A stretch of DNA of 64,000 nt, from contig OZ244170.1 in assembly GCA_965216565.1 (NCBI GenBank), positions 3,872,001 through 3,936,000 on the forward strand. The letters are read 5' to 3'. The position numbers and the translations under genes were made by a program. This stretch comes from Bythopirellula sp. (GTDB lineage Bacteria; Planctomycetota; Planctomycetia; Pirellulales; Lacipirellulaceae). Shown here in pieces: positions 58,301 through 64,000 of this stretch (positions within the stretch are counted from its first letter, which is position 1; each line of letters starts with the position of its first letter). The notes beneath the pieces are model-generated. The model was given only the letters and a program-made list of their open reading frames with translations. It was not told the DNA's origin and ran no database searches.

Positions 58301-59262
58301 GAGGCAACGGAGGTAGTGGAGGGGGTCTCTCTATCAGCGCAGATCAGCTTGCCATATCGCACTGCACCATCGTTTCTAACCGTACTGGCGATCCTACAGA
58401 GCCTTCTAGCAACGTTCGTGGAGGCGATGGCGGTGGTATACGGCTCGTTTCGGTAGACTCCTCTACGATTTCTGGCTCGATCATCGCCGACAACCATGTT
58501 GGATATTTCTATACCTATAGTGGTCCAGCAGAACTTGGCCTTGGTCCCGACATACGTGGCGGATCAGCAGGCTGGACGCTCACGCACAGTTTGATCGGTG
58601 ACAACACAGATACATCACTTACCGAAGCCCAATCCCCCGACATCAACGGCAACCTCATCGGCAGCGCCGCCGGCGCCGGCGTGATTGACCCCCTGCTCGG
58701 CCCGCTCCAAGACAACGGCGGCCCCACCTTCACGCATGCGCTCCTCCCCGGCAGCCCCGCCATCGACATGGGTGATCCCGTATTCTCCGTGCCGCCCGAC
58801 TTCGATCAGCGCGGTGATCCGTTTACTCGCCTGCACAATGGCCGCATTGATATCGGGGCCTACGAATCGCAACCGCTACTGGCCGATGCAAATGGCGACC
58901 ACGTCGTCGATGGTTTGGATCTGCTGCTGATCCAAATCGGCGGTGGCGACATCGCTCGGTGGGACGCCGAGTATGGCGTGAGTGAGCCGTCGGCTCCGCC
59001 GCTTGCTGCGACGCAGTCCGGGGTTGAGCCGAGTGTTGCATCCTTCTGGCTGGCCCTACCTGAAACCGTGGCAGACAATCGCGAGGAACCTCTGCCGGAA
59101 GACGCTGCGTTTGCGTTCGTTGAACAGGCCACAATCCTAGCCGATGTCTCCGAGGCAGATGATATCCGCGATTCGCAGACCATTGCGGCTGGCGCGACCG
59201 ACTCCTCCGATGACCTGGAAGACGCCGAATTAGACGAAGCCCTCGTCGCGCTGTTTGGTTAG
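55315..59262 (+). CDS. Large extracellular protein: LExRxLL leader plus two modules of (CSLREA-like start, parallel beta-helix, choice-of-anchor-Q-like, dockerin-like)
   Basis: RRLSVETLEDRRMLA; GSLRQAI and TSLREAI; STISGN/GGGI repeats; DPLLGPLQDNGGPT.THALLPGSPAID...DIGAYE twice; ADANGDHVVDGLDLL twice. Confidence 0.92.
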   Translation: MPTGKNYRIDPYSRRLSVETLEDRRMLATFSVTNLLDGPVTAAGDLPGSLRQAIFDANNLAGPDDIDLTGVSGTLLMTDGEFEITDAVAINGPGQNSLTIDAGNGTDGVFATGDGHRIFNVDDVSSSSRIDVELRDITLTGGDPSLQGGAIVSLENLTIENSFITGNSAGIFFTSKGGGVSIIGATLVVRNSTINGNYAASSGGGIYARDSDLELTRTIISGNDSDSSGGGIANVDSNSLIQESQISGNSAFRHGGGVSNRGFGYSSIIANSTLSGNTSRFSGGALTEYSGTTTLISSTIEGNSSLTGRGSIAANWDNFVTTIVLRNSIVSNTTDASGLPSADLASGPPDITKFYVDYSLVEDSGAVTITGSDNVVSVDPLLGPLQDNGGPTFTHALLPGSPAIDMGDPVFSAPPDFDQRGDPFTRVHNGRIDIGAYEAQPLLADANGDHVVDGLDLLLIQIGGGDIARWDADYGASEPMELPSLVVTTDQDVVDAFDGLTSLREAIEYANGLAGADTISFDASLTGGTILLTEGELRITDSLTIDGLGQNSLTIDAGNGTDSVFATGDGHRIFTIDDGTAALINVSISGLTLTGGDAANAPEAPSGTDGENGEAGGAIFSLEHLTVANSTISGNATGQGGQSNYHPGSGGAGGGIYVQYGDLTLTNSTVSANQTGMGGYGIGFTFPEADGGHGGGIFSGSGNATITGSSIVDNRTGDGPLTNTPSTGTAGDGGSGGGIYNAGGVLNIAGSSISGNFTGDGGHQSGYGGTAGSGGGIAHFGTLLSIADSSIENNIVGRTLKLDGQFGNPGGSGGGIYAVDSEVMITASTISGNRGADAVIYRGYGGKGGGIYNKNGNMTITGSTISGNFTGRSGEEVFGGIQGGSGGGIYQSGGSLTIRSTTISGNVTAEGGSSFYGGSNGGHGGGIAHLGTNLTIEDSTISDNRTGRGGDGGSSSSGSGTGGAGGGVFAVSTSVSIEGSTISGNRTGDGGDATNGGNGGSGGGLSISADQLAISHCTIVSNRTGDPTEPSSNVRGGDGGGIRLVSVDSSTISGSIIADNHVGYFYTYSGPAELGLGPDIRGGSAGWTLTHSLIGDNTDTSLTEAQSPDINGNLIGSAAGAGVIDPLLGPLQDNGGPTFTHALLPGSPAIDMGDPVFSVPPDFDQRGDPFTRLHNGRIDIGAYESQPLLADANGDHVVDGLDLLLIQIGGGDIARWDAEYGVSEPSAPPLAATQSGVEPSVASFWLALPETVADNREEPLPEDAAFAFVEQATILADVSEADDIRDSQTIAAGATDSSDDLEDAELDEALVALFG
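55594..57037 (+). repeat. 79-bp direct repeat pair (55594-55672 and 56959-57037)
   Basis: GGACAAAATTCGCTGACCATCGATGCCGGCAACGGCACTGAC...CATCGCATCTTCA; 4 mismatches by manual comparison. Confidence 0.9.
56447..58989 (+). repeat. 305-bp direct repeat pair (56447-56751 and 58685-58989)
   Basis: First 73 nt identical; about 29 mismatches overall by manual count, mostly synonymous. Confidence 0.9.
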
Positions 59263-59276
59263 AGCCGCCAACAGTC

Positions 59277-59362
59277 TGTCGCCCCTTCGGGGCTCAACAA
59301 CGGGGGCGCTTTGTTCCAGGGGCTCGCGCCCCTGGCTATTCACTATCGTCCCATTGGGACTG
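59277..59362. repeat. REP-like multi-hairpin element
   Basis: TCGCCCCTTCGGGGCT, CCAGGGGC-TCGC-GCCCCTGG and TCGTCCCATTGGGACT hairpins between convergent genes. Confidence 0.7.
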
Positions 59363-59438
59363 AATTCGAGTCTTGGGTGGTGCCCGGCGGGTGGATGTGG
59401 TTCAAGAAGCTGACCGCTGAGTGCTGACAGCTTGTTCT

Positions 59439-60443
59439 TCACTGCGGTCGCACCAGGATCCGCCCCGAGTTTTCCCCAGCAAGCATCTTCTCCACCTCGA
59501 CAGGCACCTCCGCGAGCGTCACTTCACGCACCAGGGGCTGTAGCGTCTGTAACACGTTCCACTCGCCGAAGAGCTTTTGCCAGATTTCGAGTCTAGGGCC
59601 GCGGGGGCACTTGGCCGAGTCGATGCCGGCAAGCGTTACGCCGCGGAGGATGAATGGGTAGACGGTCGTTGGAAGGTCGTGCCCGCCCACTAGTCCACAG
59701 GCGGTGACGCAGCCGCGATACTTGGTGGAGCGCAACAATGTGGCGAGCGTGTTGCCGCCGACGGTGTCGACCGCCGCGGCCCAACGCTCCGAGAGCAGTG
59801 GTTTGCCAGAATCGTCATTCACCTCTTCTCGGGGGATGATCGATTGGGCTCCGAGTTGTTGAAGCAGTTCGGCCTTGTTTGGTTTGCCTGTGACTGCGAC
59901 GACCGAGAAGCCCAGGTGTGCCAGCAGCGCGATCGCTACGGTTCCCACTCCGCCGGTGGCGCCAGTGATGACGACTTCGCCATCCGTGGGTTCGATTCCC
60001 TGGTGCACGATCGCGGCTACACACTGCGCCGCGGTAAAACCGGCCGTGCCATAGGTCATGGCATCGCGCGGTGTGAAACCGGTTGGCAGCGGCACCACCC
60101 AATCCGCGGGCGTGCGTACGAATGCCGAGTACCCGCCCCAGCGTGGAGCGCCTTGCTCGTAGCCGGTCACCAGAACCTTCTCGCCGGGCTTAAAATCGGC
60201 AACCGAACTAGTGGCGACCGTCCCCGCGCAATCGATTCCCGGCACATGCGGCAGGTCGCGAACAATCCCCGCTTGCGCGCGGGTGGCCAGGGCATCTTTG
60301 TAGTTGAGCGATGAGCAATCGACTTCGATCAGCACTTCGCCGGGCGGCAAATCGTCTGCCGATAGAGTTTCCACTTGGCAAGTGAGATTCTCGTCGGTAT
60401 CACGTCGAACAACTAAGGCGGGGAACGAGTCGTGTAGAACCAT
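59439..60443 (-). CDS. YhdH/YhfP (AcuI-like) MDR-family oxidoreductase
   Basis: SSLNYKDALA, VPGIDCAG, GTAGFTAA, TGATGGVG, VYPFILRGV.LAGIDS. Confidence 0.93.
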   Translation of the reverse strand: MVLHDSFPALVVRRDTDENLTCQVETLSADDLPPGEVLIEVDCSSLNYKDALATRAQAGIVRDLPHVPGIDCAGTVATSSVADFKPGEKVLVTGYEQGAPRWGGYSAFVRTPADWVVPLPTGFTPRDAMTYGTAGFTAAQCVAAIVHQGIEPTDGEVVITGATGGVGTVAIALLAHLGFSVVAVTGKPNKAELLQQLGAQSIIPREEVNDDSGKPLLSERWAAAVDTVGGNTLATLLRSTKYRGCVTACGLVGGHDLPTTVYPFILRGVTLAGIDSAKCPRGPRLEIWQKLFGEWNVLQTLQPLVREVTLAEVPVEVEKMLAGENSGRILVRPQ

Positions 60444-60448
60444 TTTGC

Positions 60449-60808
60449 TCAGGCCAATTCTATCGGAAGCTGGTCAATCTTGGCGGCCAGGATAAAGTCG
60501 TTCTCGCTCAGACCACCGATCGCGTGAGTCCACAACTCAACTGACACGTTGCGGTAGCCCTCGATATGGAGATCTGGGTGGTGGCCATCGTCTTCGGCCA
60601 CAACAGCACATTTTTCGAAAAACCGAATGCCAGCCATAAAGTCTTTCACTTGCCAAGACTTGCGAATGCGTTGGCCGTCGCGAACTAGTTCCCAACCTTT
60701 CAGTTCTTCGAGTTGGGCCTTGGCCTCTGCGGGTGTGGACGGATCGACGCCACCCTCGCAAGGCAGACATTTCTTTTGGACAAGTTGCTCGGAAGTCTGA
60801 GTAGCCAT
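60449..60808 (-). CDS. phhB: Pterin-4a-carbinolamine dehydratase
   Basis: KCLPCEGG, AE..GHHPDLH, WTHAIGGLSENDFILAAKID. Confidence 0.93.
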   Translation of the reverse strand: MATQTSEQLVQKKCLPCEGGVDPSTPAEAKAQLEELKGWELVRDGQRIRKSWQVKDFMAGIRFFEKCAVVAEDDGHHPDLHIEGYRNVSVELWTHAIGGLSENDFILAAKIDQLPIELA

Positions 60809-60973
60809 GGCAGATTCTCTCGCAATCGATACGGGGAGCTTGTTATGTTACAACCTATAAGCAATTCTCTACCGAGAACTAGACATCGTCAATGATTGGG
60901 TGCTAATCCGGGGGCGCGAAACATTCGCGGAATCCCCAGTGCAAGAAGCCATTCAGAAAAACGAACGAATCAG

Positions 60974-61231
60974 ATGAGCGAAGATAAATCGACATCCTCG
61001 GATCCTGATCAACAGAAGCCCAAGTCCTCTCTCGAGCGGACTGCCCAAATCGAAGAAACGCTCAGCTTTCAGCAGCGTCATCTCGAAGAGTTTCAGGAGG
61101 TAGTGATGCGTCAGCAGGCAGAACTCGACCTGTTGCGGCGTGACGTCGAACGGTTGAAAGGCGAGGTGCATCGGCTCGGCGAGGAGACCGGCAGCGATCT
61201 CCCAGCAGACGAGAAACCTCCGCATTACTAG
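60974..61231 (+). CDS. slyX: SlyX family protein
   Basis: EE.LSFQQ..LEE...V..QQ coiled coil and terminal DEKPPHY. Confidence 0.9.
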   Translation: MSEDKSTSSDPDQQKPKSSLERTAQIEETLSFQQRHLEEFQEVVMRQQAELDLLRRDVERLKGEVHRLGEETGSDLPADEKPPHY

Positions 61232-61430
61232 GTCTGCGCAGGTTCTGGCCAAGTTAGCTACAAAGCCGCCCGGTGACAGTAGTTTGTCACTCGACCTTGT
61301 AGGTGTACAAACGTCTAAGTCCCGGTGCTGCAAGAGATAGGAGCGATGCTGTCACTATTTGGTAGTCTGGTAGTCACGTTTGAGCGCCCATCTCCAAGAA
61401 TAGAAGCAGGTATAACTTCTCCTAACAAAG

Positions 61431-62228
61431 TTGACCGCCCCTACCGGGGCGTACTTCAACATAGGAGAAAGTACTTTGCAATTCGAATCGACTCTCGACA
61501 TCACACCCAATACGTCATTCGCGGCAGCTCCTGCGACGCAGTCTGCCAACGCTTATCTGCCTGAAAGTTCGCCTGGCATCCAGGTCACCAAAATTCTCTT
61601 ATTGCTAGCCAACCGTTTCGATTGCGAAGTGGTTTCTGCGCAACTCCGCGAATGCAGCACCCTGGAAGTTGTGACCGCAACCGAACAGTTTTCAACGGGA
61701 CTGGAGCGAATCAAAGATCTCAAGCCGCAGATCGTGGTTTACGATCCCCGTTCCCATCCCCACGGCATGAGTTTGCTAAAAGAGATGCTTCTGGACGAAC
61801 GGCTTGAGAATCTTGTGATCTTCGACGATCGGGTGCGTGAAGGCGCTTTGATTAAGGCCATTCAGTTGCCTCGCACAAGCTACCTCACCCGACAAATTAG
61901 CGCTGCCGATCTCCGACGTGGGCTCGAAGCGATTGGTGCAAGCTCTGAGCAAGTATACGATGCGGAGATCGAAGCGAGAATCGTCAGCTCCTCCAAAGGG
62001 AAAACTCTGCTGCAGCAGGACGAAGGACCAGCGTTGGCTTCGCTCACTCAACGGGAATTTGAAGTCCTAGAGCAAGTCGCGGGTGGTTGGTCCGTCCGCG
62101 AATGCGCAGCGAGGCTCAACGTAGCCGTGAGCACTATCGATAATCACAAATCAAAGATCATGAAAAAGCTCGATGTCCGAAAGGCTTCGCAGCTCATTCA
62201 CCTCGCTATTCATGAAGGCGTAGTCTAG
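61431..62228 (+). CDS. LuxR/NarL-family regulator with atypical receiver domain (start uncertain)
   Basis: LTQREFEVL..VA.G.S..E.A..L..AVSTIDNHK..IM.KL HTH; receiver-like PQIVVYD. Confidence 0.85.
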   Translation: MTAPTGAYFNIGESTLQFESTLDITPNTSFAAAPATQSANAYLPESSPGIQVTKILLLLANRFDCEVVSAQLRECSTLEVVTATEQFSTGLERIKDLKPQIVVYDPRSHPHGMSLLKEMLLDERLENLVIFDDRVREGALIKAIQLPRTSYLTRQISAADLRRGLEAIGASSEQVYDAEIEARIVSSSKGKTLLQQDEGPALASLTQREFEVLEQVAGGWSVRECAARLNVAVSTIDNHKSKIMKKLDVRKASQLIHLAIHEGVV

Positions 62229-62242
62229 CCATGCGGGGCGAG

Positions 62243-63229
62243 TCACAGTGCCCCGGCTAGTCGCAACGACGCAATCACGCGAAAATCATTTAGCAAACAA
62301 TTAGAGGCGTAGTACGTTTGCTCTTCGACACCATCGAAACGCCGTTTGAAGTCGGCATGCCCGGCCAGATTGTAAAAGTACTTGTTCACCCACCACGCAT
62401 TGACCCCTCGACTCCAGCTGAAGTGGATAAGCGGGTTGCTGCGAAACTCGCGATCTTCAATTCCTGCCAATGGCGAGAGCCCTAGCATCACGCGGTCCAG
62501 TCCATCGGCTTGAAACTGCTCGATGGCTACCTTCATGATGCCCTCCTCCGCACGCAAGGGCGCGTCCGGCAGGCGGCGTTTGACCGAGGGCGAGTGCCCC
62601 ACTACTTGGCCGGCGGAATAGATCGGATCGAAACAGATGAACGCCACCGGATTGTTTTCTGGAGAAAACAGGAAGAACTTGCGTACGTCAGTTTCATCCT
62701 CAAACACTGGCGGTCGATTGAAAAAGTACACTGCCTTGCGGCTGCGGCGCGAATCGAACCAGGCTTCGGAGAGTTCGATGATCGATTGTACGTCGACGTC
62801 TTCGGCATAAGTGCCTTCGCGCACCTCAAAGCCATGCTTGGCAAGCCAGTTGGTGGCGTGGCGGAGTCGCTCCTTCTTTTTGCCGCTGAAACGATAGTCG
62901 GCCAGTTCCAGACGTGTGTCGCAACCCATTTCGTTAATCCAGAAACCTAGCGACTCGAGAATCGCTGCGGTCCCCCGACCGATTTGCCAAAAGCAGTTTT
63001 TCGGATGCGCGGCAACAAACTCCTCCAGCAGGGGGCGATGCAACTCGGCGGGCCCCACAGGATCGGCCAGAACGCAATGGACGCCCCAATTCTTGGCAAA
63101 GGCCAGATAACAATCTTTGTGCCAGAAATACGACAGCCCTGGCTGCACCGCAGTGGAATAGGCCTGCGTGAAGTCGCCATACTCGCGCACAAGTGCCAAG
63201 CGTCTTTCATTTTCCGAGCAACCACTCAT
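62243..63229 (-). CDS. Stand-alone DUF2156 (aminoacyl-phosphatidylglycerol synthase C-terminal-like, tRNA-dependent GNAT) protein
   Basis: VLADPVG, MG.DTRL.L..Y.FSGKKKE.LR, VAFICFDP, RR.PDAP, MLGLSPL, YNL.G..DFK.RF; no TM domain; start taken at MSGCS. Confidence 0.85.
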   Translation of the reverse strand: MSGCSENERRLALVREYGDFTQAYSTAVQPGLSYFWHKDCYLAFAKNWGVHCVLADPVGPAELHRPLLEEFVAAHPKNCFWQIGRGTAAILESLGFWINEMGCDTRLELADYRFSGKKKERLRHATNWLAKHGFEVREGTYAEDVDVQSIIELSEAWFDSRRSRKAVYFFNRPPVFEDETDVRKFFLFSPENNPVAFICFDPIYSAGQVVGHSPSVKRRLPDAPLRAEEGIMKVAIEQFQADGLDRVMLGLSPLAGIEDREFRSNPLIHFSWSRGVNAWWVNKYFYNLAGHADFKRRFDGVEEQTYYASNCLLNDFRVIASLRLAGAL

Positions 63230-63998
63230 CGTCCTGCTCAGTGTACACGATCGGCTCGGGCGACAGGCGATTGATATCGAATGCGTCCAAGAACTCCTGA
63301 GCTGTCTGCGGTTGGCGTTGCCCAAGGCCACACCACTCGGCAAGCAAGCCAATGACGCGCTCCGCCGAGACACCCTTCTCCTGATAGGCGGTAAGACGAC
63401 TATCTCCATGCCGTTTTGCCAGCCGCCGGCCATCTTCGCCGATGACCATCGGCAGATGGGTGTAAGTGGGTAGTGGTCCAAGCGCCAGCCGTTCGTAGAG
63501 CAGAATCTGCCGCGCTGCGGACAAAAGCAGGTCATCGCCGCGAACCACCTGATCAATTTCTTGGCGTGCGTCGTCCGCCACCACGGCTATTTGATAACTC
63601 GGCAGACCGCTCTTCGTACGAACCAGAAAGTCGCCGACCGTTTGCTGAACTCGAAACGATTGCTCACCGGCAAAGGCATCGACAAAGTCGATCGCATCTT
63701 CGGGCACAAGCACCCGCCAAGCAGCATCGCCTTCTCCAAGCTGCACAGGATCGCGAGGCGTCTTCTTTTCGGGTCGGCAGGTGCCAGGATAGCGCAGTTC
63801 GTGATCGCCTCGATGGGGTGCAGATAAACTGGCCGCCTCGATCTCTTTGCGGGTACATCGACAGGGATAAATCTCTCCCCGACTGGCCAGTTCGGATAGA
63901 GCTTGTTCGTAAGGCTCTAAATCATGACGCTGATAGAAAGGGCCTTCGTCCCAATCGAGCCCGAGCCATTCAAGAAGTTCGATCGCCTGCTCGCTGGC
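63207..63998 (-). CDS. gluQ: Glutamyl-queuosine tRNA(Asp) synthetase (5' truncated by window edge)
   Basis: Frame is open to the window end: WLGLDWDEGPFYQ, YPCRCTRKEI, YPGTCR, GDFLVR, YQIAVVADD, VVRGDDLL, GRRLAKRHG. It ends without an anticodon-binding domain. Confidence 0.9.
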   Translation of the reverse strand, partial: ASEQAIELLEWLGLDWDEGPFYQRHDLEPYEQALSELASRGEIYPCRCTRKEIEAASLSAPHRGDHELRYPGTCRPEKKTPRDPVQLGEGDAAWRVLVPEDAIDFVDAFAGEQSFRVQQTVGDFLVRTKSGLPSYQIAVVADDARQEIDQVVRGDDLLLSAARQILLYERLALGPLPTYTHLPMVIGEDGRRLAKRHGDSRLTAYQEKGVSAERVIGLLAEWCGLGQRQPQTAQEFLDAFDINRLSPEPIVYTEQDDEWLLGK

Positions 63999-64000
63999 AC

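Noticed and set aside
55594..58989. Repeat pairs as template/variable repeats of a diversity-generating retroelement
   Set aside because: Mismatches are mostly synonymous third-position changes and not adenine-specific. Both copies are coding, and no reverse transcriptase is in the window.
63230..63556. 109-aa N-terminal extension of the DUF2156 ORF suggesting a fusion or frameshift with gluQ
   Set aside because: The extension is an alternative frame overlapping the conserved gluQ C-terminus. gluQ ends normally and no slippery site was recognised.
1..64000. tRNA/rRNA genes, IS transposases, integrases, prophage or anti-phage defence genes
   Set aside because: No cloverleaf/T-loop context, rRNA-like tract or matching protein motifs were recognised by eye; small ncRNAs could have been missed.

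Overview
Mostly chromosomal backbone of a planctomycete, most likely Pirellulales and Lacipirellulaceae-like. This is inferred from two DUF1559 prepilin-like proteins, PEP-CTERM proteins (one with a dockerin-like motif), LExRxLL-leader surface proteins, and a Minf_1886/PSP1 cluster. Housekeeping genes are the gyrB 3' end, ilvN-ilvC, uvrA, fadB-fadA, an HDAC, slyX, a pterin dehydratase, a YhdH-type oxidoreductase and a partial gluQ. They are interleaved with many secreted or periplasmic proteins. The most interesting items are: (i) gluQ overlapping a stand-alone DUF2156 aminoacyl-transferase domain; (ii) a retropepsin / pseudo-transglutaminase-7TM / ATP-grasp peptide-ligase module followed by an ion permease and a USP; (iii) a 1.3 kaa surface protein built from two cassettes with near-identical DNA borders and divergent, AT-richer cores; (iv) a DUF4430 + DUF6580 pair that may capture B12; (v) an unnamed domain shared three times by two adjacent, differently exported surface proteins; (vi) a sigma54-type promoter with upstream palindromes driving a His-rich secreted protein; (vii) a frameshifted PEP-CTERM gene; (viii) a Sec-exported Ni-SOD; and (ix) several small periodic or palindromic intergenic elements. 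No rRNA, tRNA, CRISPR array, transposase, integrase or phage gene was recognised. All family calls come from motif recognition by eye, not database searches.
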